From NCBI RefSeq assembly GCF_009914755.1, contig NC_060926.1: a stretch of DNA of 64,000 nt; one strand, 5' to 3'. The DNA comes from the human T2T-CHM13v2.0 reference genome, Homo sapiens. A program made the position numbers and the translations under genes. Below are positions 38,388 to 52,379 of the stretch, one piece after another. How positions within the stretch are numbered: the first letter of the stretch is position 1; every line of letters begins with the position of its first letter. The notes under the pieces are model-generated. The model did no database searches. It was not told where the DNA came from and saw only the letters and a list, made by a program, of their open reading frames with translations.

Positions 38388-38870
38388 ATAATAGCTATTT
38401 TTAACATCTACAATATTCCAGAATTGTGCTAGGAGCTTTGCATAAATTAACTCTAATCTTCTTATGAAACTGAAGAGAAATGTGTTATAATTCTAATTTT
38501 TCAGCTGAGGCCATGCCACACACCTAGTAAAACTGAAGGTGAGGCTTCTTCACTCCATCACACCACCTTGGGAGTGTGTGTTTAGAAGTATGCCAAATTC
38601 CCTTAAGTGTGTGAGATTTTGGTGGACATTCAAAAAGAAAGAAAGGATTGTCCCATTGTTGTGATGTAGTGAAAAAAGTGCTGGTGTTGGAACCAGAATT
38701 CTTAGGTTCAATTACTCCTCCTTCAGTCAATTTCTGTTTTTATTTTCTTATTCATGAGATAGGAATAATTAGTCCTGTTTTCCTCCCTTCTTTCTTCACA
38801 ATATTTTTTTGAGAGCCAGATGCAGTATAACATATGAAGAAACTTAGTATAAATGTAAAGCACTAATTTG
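38388..38870. mobile_element. Two MIR-family fragments (minus at ~38390-38520, plus at ~38660-38870)
   Basis: 'aattgtgctaggagctttgcata...cagctgagg' and 'tgtgatgtagtgaaaaaagtgctggtgttggaaccagaa'. Confidence 0.55.
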
Positions 38871-39754
38871 ATACTAAATATATACACATGGACTCAACTA
38901 GTTCCAGTGTAGAAATACATTATAATATATATGAATAACTTAAATAAGATAACTTAAATAGACACATATGCATAACTTTGACATACCTGGAAGCCTGAAA
39001 TGAGAAATCCCTCAAATAGAAAAAGTAGATGACAGAAGTCAGCACTGTTATTCCATGAGATTCATTCACTAAATGCATAATGAATTAGAAAAACTTGAAC
39101 AGCAAGAGTGAAAGTGATATTCAGCATTATTATTTTCTTAAATACGTATTATTTGAGAGGATACAATAAAATTTCTAGACTTTGAAAAATACTTGGCTGT
39201 ATCATGATGTAGAGAATTATATAAATAGAGTAGCTAGAAATAAAAACCAGACACTTAAGCTAGAAACAGATACTTCTGTCTTGGAGATTTTAGTTTGAAA
39301 AATCACTTAAACCAGAAGTGAGGTCATGAGTCATATCTATTTGATAGCAAAAATTTATTTATTATATTTTCGAAGATTAGTCTGCTTGATTTCCTTTAAT
39401 TGACAAGATTAAAGCCACAGATAATGACAGTTTTAAAGAAAGTCTATCCATAAAATTAAAAAAAATTCTTAAAGCATTTCAAAGTTATACTTTGATAATT
39501 AAGCAGATCTTTTTAGCATCTCACTATTTTCACATTTTCCTCGCTAACGATATACTGATTAATCATTGATAATTTCATTTCTTGTAATTTTTAGGGCTTT
39601 CCCTATAGTTTATTGAAAGAGCCAAGACATAGATATGAAAAATGCTTCCCCGAGGTGTTTGAAAGAAGTCTGGGTAATGTGATTTGCACGCTATGGGAAA
39701 TGACTTTCACTTGGTCAGTCATCCATCTTTGCTTTGCTGCCTTTTCTACACTCT

Positions 39755-39771
39755 TGCCACCAGGTGGCAGT
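39755..39771 (+). promoter_or_regulatory. Consensus CTCF binding motif (near-palindromic)
   Basis: CCACCAGGTGGCAG at 39757-39770 fully matches CCASYAGRKGGCRS, in apparently unique sequence. Confidence 0.6.
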
Positions 39772-40200
39772 GAGACAACACACAAGGTTACCATGTAATT
39801 TCTCACATTTTAGTATGAAATGGCAAAATAAATAAATAAATAGGATTCAGGATATCACTGAATGAATCACTAAGGTCCAGTTTGTTAATAAGAGGATGGT
39901 CATTTAATATATGAAATGTCAATTGACAATATATGCAAGAAATGCGTGTATGAACACATGAAAAAACATGACAGGGTAGTTTACTCCTCTTTAGACAGTA
40001 GAATCACCATCAATGAACATATTTGCAATGAATGCAAGCACAGTATTCAAAAGAATAAACCACTTTTGAATTTAAAAGGAAAGAGAAATAGCCAGAAATT
40101 GCTGATTATCAAAACGATTGCAATAACACTCATAGCTAAAAAGAATCTTGGCAATAAAAGACTCAGGCTTGTAAAGGTTCCCACATGCTCAGAAGATGTG

Positions 40201-40280
40201 TAGGTGGCCACGCCATTCATTGTCTAAACATACACACTTTTGAGAATAAAAGGGATACTAATAATTAATAACACATCAGT
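40201..40280 (+). mobile_element. MER81-like (hAT-Blackjack) fragment
   Basis: 'acacttttgagaataaaagggatactaataattaataa'. Confidence 0.5.
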
Positions 40281-40944
40281 GTTATATACATACAGTGTTA
40301 TACTTATATATGCAGTGCATATATATATATATGTATCTGTTTTTAGCTTAAGTATCCGATAATTTCTAGCTGCTCTACTTATCTAATTCTTTACATCATG
40401 ATAAAGCCAAGTATTTACTGGTATTTTTTAAAGTCTAGAAATTTTATACTTATATAAGTATACATATATGTATATGTATACACACATACATCTATGTGTG
40501 TGCATATGTATACTCATACACACAAGAGAGAAGAAATACGTATAACATGAACATATGTATATGAGAGAGCAGGGAATATATGTAATATAGGAAACATTTC
40601 AGTTTCATATTTCTTCCAGCCATATAATATTCATATGATAATTTGCTTCTTGTGAAATATGTTTTCCTTCCCCATTCACCTATGTAGCTTCTCTATTTTT
40701 CGTATCACAGCTGAATTGCTACTTTTCTTTTCAAAAGGATGTCGTTCTTGAATTCTCAGATTATGTCAAGTTTCCCCATTATAGGTTCTTCTTATAGCAT
40801 CATGCTTCTTCAATTCAGTTATTATTTGAACAAGCTTTTGATTAATATCTATTTCTATCACTATATTTTAAGCTCCAAGAGACAGAAGATAATTCTAGTT
40901 TTAATCAGCATTTATTTCCCCACCTCATCTAATCTAGCATGGTT

Positions 40945-41475
<531 letters not shown>

Positions 41476-41827
41476 AACATATACGTTTGATAGTAACTGC
41501 CTTGACAGTTCAAGATGAAAAACTGCAATTTTTCTTCATCTCTACATAATAAAATTGTGAAAAGTTTTTTTGTAAATATAAAAATATCATTTTGAAATAA
41601 AACCAAATTTGTCTTTAGAGGTAAAGTATTATGTATAGTTTATAAAAATTGAGAACACTTGTCTTCAGTTATAAAGCTGACTTTGTGTGCAGGGTAATTC
41701 ACATCATACATAGTAGCTGTTTCATTTCTATATGGTTTTAACTTTTAGATTCTTAATCTGAAGTCCAAGGGTAGGCTTCAGTGTTTGCTGCTCACTCTGA
41801 AATTATGTGAAGATTTCGTGTTCAGGG

Positions 41828-41855
<28 letters not shown>
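41828..41855. repeat. (GT)14 microsatellite
   Basis: Read directly. Confidence 0.92.
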
Positions 41856-41858
<3 letters not shown>

Positions 41859-41886
41859 AACTAAAAGAGTGCATAATTTTCATTAA

Positions 41887-42185
<299 letters not shown>

Positions 42186-42361
42186 AATTTTCACTAAATT
42201 TTTAAATAACTATGCTATATAAGCATTATAGAAGAATTATAATTAGGAGAGAAAATGTTAGCATGGTTCTCATTTAATTAAATTGCCCCAAAGTAATATT
42301 GATTGTTTGTGTGGTCAGTATATGCCTGAATAGCTCATTCTGTTGCTATTATTTGTTTTAA

Positions 42362-42658
<297 letters not shown>

Positions 42659-42974
42659 ACTATTGTTATTTTTTTAAAGACCAAAGACAACATGGGAAGA
42701 TGCATGCATCTCTTCAAACATCAAAACAATTTGAAATATTTTATGACCATCATAAAGCGTTTACACTTTGGTCAAATTCAACTATGGCAGAAAGAAAAAT
42801 TACCTCAGTTTTGTTTAGAACCAACTCTAAAAACACATTTATTCAGGCTTTCTTAACTTTGAAACTTGGATTATTTGATTAAGGACCCAGGTTATATTCA
42901 GACAGCTGTTTCTTCACATTTAGTTAAAGTGCAAGCTTTGTAATAACAAAGACCATATTTCCCTATTTATCTTC

Positions 42975-45050
42975 TGCTTAAATGTTCTATCTATTATTAA
43001 AAGTGGAGTATTAAGGTTTCCAACTATTATTATTGAATTATCAATTTCTCAATTGTTATCAATTGATGATTGTTGAATTATCAATTTTTAAATTCTGTCA
43101 GTTTTTGCTTTATGTATTTTTGGGCTCAGTTTTGAGGTGCACATATGTTTATAATTGTTTCATATTTCTAATGGATTAATCCTTTTTCTTTACTCTCTTT
43201 ATCTCTAGCATTATTCTCTGTTTGCAAGTCTCTTTTGTATGTTATTAGTGTAGCCATCACAGCTATCTTTTGATTGTTGCTGCATCATATACTTTTTTGT
43301 ATCTTTTTACTTTCCCTGTATTTGCATCTTTGAATCCTAAATGTGACTCTTGTAGATAATATATAGTAGAATATTTTTTTTTAAATCTAGTCTGTCAATC
43401 TTTGCATTTTAATTAAATGTTTTAATCTTTTCACATTTGAAATTATTATTCATATATTTGTATTTATAACTGTCATTTTAATTTTGTTTTCTATGTGTTT
43501 TACATCTATTGTTTATCTGTTCTTCATTTACTGCTTTCTTTTGCATTAAGTAAATATTTTCCAGTGTAACATTTTAATTCCTTTAATTATTTTTTTCACT
43601 ACATAAAAAAAAATTGTCTTAGGGCTTACCATAGCCATCATAACTTACTAAAATTTACTTCAGATTTTGAATGACTTCTTTCCAGTGAGATATAGGAATG
43701 TTACTCCTATACAGCACTTTTCCTTCTTCCTAATTTGGTGCTGTTATTGTCATACATACTATGTTGACATATTTTGAAACTAGTGCATTATTGTAATTAT
43801 TACTTTATATTATTTTATATCTTTTTTATACTTTAAAAAAGTTTCTATTTTTTAAATTTGATACATAATAATTGTACATATTCATGGGGTACATAATGAT
43901 GTTGCCATACATATAACGTATAGAAATCAGATCAGGGAATTAGCATATTCATTTTCTCAAATATTATTATCATATTATTATTTCTTTCTGTTGGAAACAT
44001 TCAACATCATCCTTCTAGCTATTTGAAATTATGTATTTCTGTTAACCACAGTCATCATACCATACTATAGAACACTAGAACTCATTTCTCCTATCTAACA
44101 GCAATTTTGTAAACTTTAACAAAATAATTTTATATATTTTATAAAGAGACTGAAAAGGAGATTGAGTATATATCTTAGAATTTTTGTAAGTTACATTCTT
44201 ATTTAACATTTATAATTCTTCTAATTTGTTCATATGGATTCAAGTTACAATCTGATGTTATTTAATTCACCTCCCCATCTCCTCCTTGTGCATTTATTTT
44301 CAAACATATTACATTGCTATATGTTATAGGCCCTGAAATTCAATTATATGCATATTGTTTTATACACTTGCTTTAAAACTTAGTTAACAGAATAAAAAAG
44401 AAGAAATATAAATTTTTACTATGAAGTTATCCTGGGATGACAGTACTTTTAAAAGGCTCTTTTTGACTATCTCTTTTCCTGAATTTTCTGTTAAACTTTC
44501 TGCTTCTATTGGTATTACACCCACTTCTAGGCTCCACTAATTTCCACGTGATTGCTCTATTGTTTTCAACAATGCCCATGGACACAAAATGCTCCACAGT
44601 CAGATTCCATTAAATTCAGGCCCCTTTGCAAAGGTGGTTTTTGAGGCCAGTCATAGTGAATTTTTTCTTATCCTAGTAGTAACTCTTCCTTTTTCCTGGT
44701 TCTCTCTGGCAAACCAACTAGCCCATGATTAGGATTTGGAAGAACAGGGAGACCCCCATCTCCTTGTCCACACTCACACGTAGTGAAGCTTCTATCACAC
44801 TGCGGTGGGGTTAGGGAGAGAGCAGGTTGTGGCTCATGTTCTTCAGACTCTCACAGTTCTTCCTGAGACTTAGTAGAATACGTGTGTCTGTATTTTTCAT
44901 ATGTCCATAAGACAAAGTTTGGAGACTTTTAAAATAATAGCTGTTTTCTTTAGATAATGATTTTCACTATTTATGGTTGTCTAGGTAAGGAGTGAGTCCG
45001 TGGAGCTCCACAGCTGCCATTCCAGAGGTGAAACCATCTTTCTCTGTGCT
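42975..45050 (-). mobile_element. Ancient L1M (ORF2 5' part, inter-ORF and 5' region fragments)
   Basis: T-rich antisense L1: 'aaagtggagtattaaggtttccaactattatt', 'tgaggtgcacatatgtttataattgtt', 'tctagtctgtcaatctttgcattttaatt'. Confidence 0.7.
43830..44123 (-). mobile_element. L1MA5/6-type 3' end nested in the older L1
   Basis: 'gatacataataattgtacatattcatggggtacata...tatagaacactagaactcattt'; degenerate TSD attattttatatcttttt / ataattttatatattttt. Confidence 0.78.
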
Positions 45051-45051
45051 C

Positions 45052-46022
45052 TTTTTTTGTTTGCATTTACAATTTTTATGGATACATAGTAGGTGTATAT
45101 ATTTATGTGGTACAAGAGATATTCTAATACAGACATACAATACATAGTAATCACATCAAGGCAAATAGAGTATCCATCACCTCAAGCATTTATCATTTCT
45201 TTGTATTACCAACATTCTGTTTATATTCTTTTAGTTACTTTTAAATGTACAATAAATTATTGTTGATTCTAGTCACCTCATTGTGCTATCAAACAGAAGG
45301 TCTTATTCATTCTACCTAACTATATTTTTCTAACTACTAACTATCCCCAGTTCCCTCCCCCTCCCACCCACTACCTTTCCCAGCCTCTGGTAATCATCAT
45401 TCTATTCTCTGTCTCTATGAGTTCAGTTGTTTTAATTTTTAGGTCCCACAAATCAGTGAGAACAGGCCAAGTTTGTGTTTCTGTTCCAGACTTACTTCAC
45501 TTAACATGAAGTCCTTCAGTTCCATCCATGTTGGTGCAAATGACAGGATCTCATTCTTTTATGGCTGAATAGTGCACCAATTGTGTATAAGTACCACATT
45601 TTCTTCATCCACTCTTCTCTTGATGGACATTCAGGCTGCTTCCAAATCTTAGCTACTGTGACTAGTGTTGCAATAAAAATGGAAGTGCAGATATCTCTTC
45701 AAGATACTGATTTCCTTTCTTTGGCGTATACGCCTATCAGTTAGATTGCTGAATCATATGGTAGTTCTATTTTTAGTTTTTTGAAGAACTTCCATATTCA
45801 TCTCCACAGTGGCTGTACTGTTTATATTCCCATCAACAGTGCATGAGTGTTCCTTTTTCTCCAAGTCCTTGTCAGTATTTTTTATTGCCCATCTTTTAGG
45901 TAAAAGCCATTTTAACTTGGGTGAGATGATGTCTCATTGTACTTTTAATTTGCATTTCTCTGCTGATCAATATGGTGAGCACCTTTTCATATACCTTTTT
46001 GGCATTTGTATGTCTTCCTTTG
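45052..46022 (-). mobile_element. L1MA2/3-type 5'-truncated 3' end
   Basis: 'tggatacatagtaggtgtatatatttatgtggtac...gtatccatcacctcaagcatt...gtgcagatatctcttcaagatactgatttcc'. Confidence 0.88.
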
Positions 46023-46024
46023 CT

Positions 46025-47180
46025 ATGTTCTTCATTCTAAATAATGGTTGGTCTTCAAGTTCACTGATCCTTTTTTCCCCTCTAGTATCCAATCTGTTGG
46101 TTAGTCCATCTGTTGGATTTTTCTTTTCTAATGTTTTAGCTTTCTATTGTAGAGTTTCCTCTCCTTTTTTATATAATTTCTACTTCTCTACTAAGAGCAT
46201 GTACCTTTTCACATGATCTAGTTTTTTCTTTTAAGTCTTTGAACATGTTATTAAGTTATTGTCTGAATTATCAGACGTGGATCATCTCTCAGTCTTTATT
46301 GACCTTTATTCATAATTATTTGTCATATTTTCTATATCTTCACACATCTAGTAATTTTTAAAATTTAATACTGGAGATTGTAGCTGTATACCGTAGGCAG
46401 TTTGAATAGTGTTGCTACACTGTCTTTTCTGTGTTGTTTTCTAGAGAAGTTATGGTGTTTTGCTTTGGCATATAGATAAGTTACAGGAGATGTCCTTAAA
46501 ATTGTCAGGTTTCCTTTTTTTAAAAATCTTTTAGGGCTATTTCAGTTTTGTCCTTAGTCCTGGGATATCACCTTTCCTCCAAGAAGGAGCCCTTATTTCT
46601 AAAGTCTAGCCTTTCTAGGGTCTCAACTGAATACCCAAAATACTCAGTGAGGACTCTAAACTTTGACTGGGCCAGAATTTCAGCAGCCTCAGCCTTGTGT
46701 GATCTCCAATAGCAACATTTAGATTCATGTGCACAGCATCTGCTCCCTGCGAGCTTCATGGAGTTTTGCCATGCTCATGCACCACCCAGCCCCCATCCAG
46801 GCCCACAGGAGAACCATCAGAAGGCTTCTCCTTCCATCCTGTACTGCTCCTTCCTCACCATTGATTGCCCTATGCCACAAATTCCAGACACTTCAGGGAG
46901 TCCAAACTCAGATATTTTATTCCTTATCTTACTAGGTCCTCTACATTCTCCTTGGGCTCATCTTCCCTATGCTGTGGTCCAGAAAGTTCTTCCAGGAAGA
47001 AAGTGAGAAGAACTTGGGACCCAATTTGTGTATTTCTCCAATCCAAAGAATTATAGTGCTGCGCTCCTTGATATTCAATCTCTCAAACAGTGTACTCCCA
47101 CATTTTGTTCTGTTTTGTATTACAGCAGGAGAATAAGTCTGGCGACAATTATTCCATCATGGTGAGAAGCAGAAGTCTCA
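46025..47180 (-). mobile_element. Ancient L1 ORF1/5' region fragments
   Basis: 'tcttcaagttcactgatccttttttc...tccaatctgttg' and decayed L1M 5'UTR-like sequence. Confidence 0.5.
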
Positions 47181-47314
47181 GAAATTAGATTTTTTGACAG
47201 ATTAGATTCAAGTTTTTAGAATACTGCCGACATATAATAGAGACTAAGTCATGGTTTTTGAATAAATATTTTATATTTTATTACTTTTTATATTAGAGGA
47301 ATAAAAGTAGAAAA

Positions 47315-47820
47315 CTGAGATTGAAATTTAGAATCAGAACCAAATCCCAGGAACTACAAATTATAGTTCTACGACCTTTGAAAAATGTATTAGACTTTCT
47401 AAACTTCACTTTCCTCATCAGAAAAAAATGGAAATATAAACGGAATTGGCTGGATGGTAGCCAATTTTCCTTAAAGGTTTGTTATGTTACCCATTGAGGT
47501 AGTATGTATGTGAGTGTGAAAATGTCCATTACATAAAATGGTAGAATCTTAGGCATTTAGCAGGAAGATCTCAGGGAAGAGAAAGTGTTTAGTGTGGGGA
47601 TTTTACATGTGAAATGTAAAGAATTGCAAACCTGTGTTCCATTCATAGCTCCATCTTTTGCTAGTTATGTGACCTCAAGTTACTTAACTTTTCTGAATGT
47701 CAGTATTGCATATAAAAATAAGTTAAAAGTAGTATCTACCTCAGATTAAAAGTAGAGTATAAAATACTTAGCTCAATGCTTGTTATATAAGATCTCAATA
47801 AATTATAACTATTATTATAA
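47315..47820 (+). mobile_element. Two MIR fragments (~47315-47450 and ~47625-47820)
   Basis: 'cttcactttcctcatcag' and 'gctagttatgtgacctcaagttacttaactt...tatctacctcag'. Confidence 0.65.
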
Positions 47821-48393
47821 TTGTCATTTTTAGTTCTTCTCAGACACCATAGTTGAAAATTTTACTTTTAAAACCAGTCTTGTTGGTTTAGTTTTTATCC
47901 TAACAATAGGATATCTAAAGATAAGACCCTTGAGGGGGAAACAAAAAAAACACTAGTATATGACATCCCTAAGTAAGATAAACTCCACAGCTGCTAGGGG
48001 CAAAAAGTATTCACAGCATATGGGCTGCATATGGGCTCTGGTTGCTGTATCGACAAGAATGCCTAAAGGGATTAAGTTGAGTTATATGGAACTCACACTT
48101 GAATAAATGTTCTAAACTGCTGGAGAGAGGTATAGAAAAGACTCCCAGGTTCCCTCAGAAATAAATATGAAATGCAAATATTCCCAGATTACCTTTGGTA
48201 AATTTATGTTTGAGATTCCATCTTCCTGACTGATTATCATCAATAGTCAATGGAGACTATATTTCCCTCTATTGTTTCCCTCATAAAAATAAATAGCTCT
48301 ATCAACCAACCAATTCCATAAAGCAAAATCATGAGTCATCATTGTTTTTGTTTTCCTTCACTGACTTCCTGACTCCAAACCACCAGCTCTGAG

Positions 48394-48753
48394 TTTTTTG
48401 TTTTATTTCCACAGGTTATTTGGGAACAGGTGGTGTTTGGTTACATGAGTAAGTTCTTTACTGGTGATTTGTGAGATTTTGGTGCACCCATCACCCAAGG
48501 AGTACACAGTGCACCCTATTTTATACCTCACCCCCTTCCTACCCTTTTCCCCTGAGTCCCCAAAATCCATTGTGTCATTCTTATGCTTTTGCAACTTCAT
48601 AGCTTAGCTCCCACTTATGAGTGAGAACATACAATGTTTGGTTTTCCATTCCTGAGTTACTTCACTTAGATAAACTATCTCCAATCTCATTTAGGTCGCT
48701 GCAAATGCCACTAATTGATTATTTTTTATAGCTGAGTAGTATTCCATCATATA

Positions 48754-48784
<31 letters not shown>

Positions 48785-50613
48785 CACAGTTTCTTTATCC
48801 GCTGGTTGATTGATGGGCATTTCAGTTGGTTCTACATTTTTGCAATTGCAAATTGTGCTGCTATAAACATGCATGTGCAAGTATCTTTTTTGTGTAATGA
48901 CTTCTTTTCCTCTGGGTAGATACCCAGTAGTGGGATTGCTGGATCAAACAGTAGTTCTACTTTTAGTTCTTTAAGGATTATTCACACTGTTTTCCATAGT
49001 GGTTGTACTAGTTTACATTCCCACCAGCAGTGTAGAAGTATTCCCTGTTCACTGCACCCATGCCAAAATCTACTATTTTTTGATGTTTTGATTATGGCCA
49101 TTCTTGCAGGAGTAAGGTGGTATCACATTGTGGTTTTTATTTGCATTTCCCTGATCATTAATGATGTTGAGCATTTTTTCATATGTTTATTGGCCATTTG
49201 TATATCTTCTTTTGAGAATTGTCTATTCATGGCTTTAGCCCACTTTTTGATGTGATTTTTTTTTCTTGCTGATTTGTTTGAGTTCATTGTAGATTCTAGA
49301 TATTAGTCCTTTGTCAGATCTAGAGATTGTGAAATTTTCTTCCACTCTGCCAGTTGTCTGTTTACTCTACTGACTGTTCCTTTTGCCATGCAAAATCTCT
49401 TTCATTTAATTAAGTCCTAGTTATTTATCTTTGTTTTTATTGCATTTACTTTTGGGTTCTTGCTTATTGAAATTCTTGACTAAACCAATGTCTAGAAGGG
49501 TTTTTCCAATGTTATCTTCTAGAATTTTTATAATTTCAGGTCTTAGATTTAAGTCCTTAATACATCTTGAGTTGATTTTTGTATAAGGTGAGAAACGAGG
49601 ATCCAGTTTTATTTTCCTACACGTGGCTAGCCAATTATCACAGCACCATTTGTTGAAAAGGGTGTCCTTTCCCCACTTTATGTTTTTGTTTGCTTTGTCA
49701 AAGATCAGTTCACTATAAGTGTTCGGGCTTATTTCTGGGTTCTCTATTCCATTGGTCTATGTGCCTATTTTCATAGCAGTGCCATGCTGTTTTGGTGACT
49801 ATGGCCTTATAGTATAGTTTGAAATCAGGTAATGTGATGCCTCCAGATTTGCTCTTTTTGCTCAGTCTCACTTTGGCTATGTGGGCTCTTTTTTGGTTCC
49901 ATATGAATTTTTGAATTGCTTTTTCTAATTCTGTGAATAATGATTGTGGTATTTTTATGGGAATTGCATTGAATTTATAGATTGCTTTGGGCAGTATAGT
50001 CATTTTTGCAATATTGATTCTACCCACCCATGAGCATGGGATGTGTTTCCATTCGTTTGTGTCATCTATGATTTCTTTCAGCAGTGTTTTGTAGTTTTTC
50101 TTGTAGAGGTCTTTCACCTTTTTGGTTAGGTATATTCCTAAGTATTTTATTATTTTTTTTGCAGCTGTTGTAAAAGGGGTTGAGTTCTTGATTTGATTTT
50201 CAGCTTGGTTGCTGTTGGAGTATAGAGGAGCTACTAATTTGTGTAAATTAATTTTGTATCCAGAAACTTTGCTGAATTATGTGATCACTTCGAGGTGCTT
50301 TCTGAAGGAGTCTTTAGGGTTTTCCAGGTAAACAATCATATCATCAGCAAACAACAAATTTTGACATCCTTTTTATCAATTTGGATGCCCTTTATTTCTT
50401 TCTCTTGTCTGACTGCTCTGGCTAGGACTTCCAGTACTGCATTGAAGAGGAGTGGTGAGAGTGGGCATCCTTGTCTTGTTCCAGTTCTCAGAGGGAATGC
50501 TTTCAACTTTTCCCCATTCAATATTATTTTGGCTGTGTGTTTGTCATAGATGGCTTTTATTATATTGAGGTATGTCCCTTGTATGCTGATTTTGCTGAGA
50601 GTTTTAATCATAA
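48394..50613 (-). mobile_element. L1PB1-like element, non-inverted 3' portion of a twin-primed insertion
   Basis: L1PB 3' end 'ggtggtgtttggttacatgagtaagttcttt...gagattttggtgcacccatcaccc'; ORFs 49713..50117(-) and 50336..50659(-) are ORF2p pieces ([14 protein letters not shown]). Confidence 0.92.
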
Positions 50614-50883
50614 AAGCCAATATCACCCTAATACCAAAACTAGGAAAGGACATAACCAAAAAAGGAAACTACAGACCAATATTCCTGAGGAAAATAGTTT
50701 CTAAAATCTTTAACAAAATACTAGCTAACCAAATCCAACAACATATCAAAATGATAATCCATGATGATCAAGTGGGTTTCATACCAAGGATGCAGGGATG
50801 GTTTAATATACACAAGTCAATAAACATGATATGCCACATAAACAGAATTAAAAACAAAAATCACATGATCATCTCAACAAATG
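50613..50883 (+). mobile_element. Inverted 5' segment of the same L1PB
   Basis: Sense ORF2 '[22 protein letters not shown]...[15 protein letters not shown]' in ORF 50550..50936(+). Confidence 0.9.
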
Positions 50884-50887
50884 TGGT

Positions 50888-51503
50888 TGTATTGATTTTC
50901 TATTGCTTCTGTAACAATGTCATATCACCGTCCTAGGGACTTAAAACACCTAAACTTATCATCTTATAATTCTGTACATTTTAAGTGGGATACAAGTCTC
51001 ATCTGACTAAAATTAAGGCATCAGCAGGCTGCCTTTCTGGAGTTACTGAGGGGGAATTTATTTCCTGATATTTGGGTAGTTGGCAAAATTCAACGGAATA
51101 ATTGAGGTCCAATTTTCTTGCTGGCTGTGAGCTGAGAGCTATTCTTGGCCTCTTGGGGCTGCTGCATTGCACTGTTCCTGAACCGTTTCCTCCATTTTCA
51201 AAGTCATCAATGAAAGATAGATTCCTTGTCATGTCTCATCTCTCTGTTCCACTTAGCCTTCCTCTTACACTTTTAAGGATTCATCTGATTAGATTTGGCC
51301 CATCCAAATATTCACTATAATCTCTGCTCTCAAAAGATTACATCCCGTGGGGCGAGATAATAAATAAGCAGATAAATGAAACAAGATATTTCAAATTTAA
51401 TTACATTTAGAAAGTCCCTTTTGCCATGTATAGTAACATATTTACAGGTTTCAGTAATTAGGTGACAGATATCTTTTAAGGAGGAGTAATTTTGCCTACT
51501 ACA
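50888..51503 (-). mobile_element. MLT1D/E-type solo LTR
   Basis: tgtattgattttctattgcttctgtaaca ... agtcccttttgccatgta...ttttgcctactaca; near-TSD gtggt / ttggt. Confidence 0.8.
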
Positions 51504-51539
51504 TTGGTTCATTCTTACCTTTTGGAATTCAGCAAATAT

Positions 51540-51800
51540 ATCACCCCTATAATCAAATGTTTCACCCACATCAGCAGTCATTCTTCACTACATTGCTGTA
51601 GTACATTTCTTTAAAAGCATTTGTATTTCTCTGAAATATCTTCTACCATTTATTTATTCATTTATTCTTATCACATCCCATTGGAATATCTTTATGAGAG
51701 CAGAGATTGATTTGCTTGTTCACTTTCTTATCCCCAGCACCCAAAACAGTACTTGGCATATAGAATATATCAATAAATCGTTTCACATTGAATGAATGCA
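51540..51800 (+). mobile_element. L2 3' end (another L2 piece at ~48240-48393 lies left of the L1PB)
   Basis: 'atgagagcagagatt...tatccccagcacccaaaacagtacttggcatatag...caataaatcg...tgaatgaatg'. Confidence 0.75.
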
Positions 51801-52379
51801 TGATTTTAATTATTTATCATAGTCCAAAATTCCATGATTGCTTTGATGGAAACAATTTCTTGATGTTAACTATTGATAGGATATACTATTAAATGTACTA
51901 CTCAGTTATTTTTTTTTCTGTTCAAACACATTTTTTTTGTTCCTTCTAGCTAGTATAACCTATTTCATATTGATTGACAAGATTTTTGCATTTCTTTTTT
52001 TAAACTCCTACGAAAACAGAACTGGGAAATTTTATGTTTTTATTTTGCTAAATGTGACAGTAAGATATAATGCTTTTCTCAGCAAACCATTTAAAACTTG
52101 CTCTCCTGGTCATAACTTCCCATTAAATTTTTAAAGTGGCTTTAAGTTCTTAGATTTAAAAGTCACTATGTCGATGCAAAATATTATCTTTCACTTCTTT
52201 GACTAGAAGTAGCCTTAAAATTGCTGTAATAGCTCATGTAAATGTAAAAGTATATCAAATCTCTCTGGGAATAATCAGTTCCTGTTAGGCATAAAGGTTG
52301 ACATTATTTCCCTTAATACCTTGAAAATATATTCTATCTCAGCATAAGAATGATTCTGCTTCTTATAGATTTGAATCCT

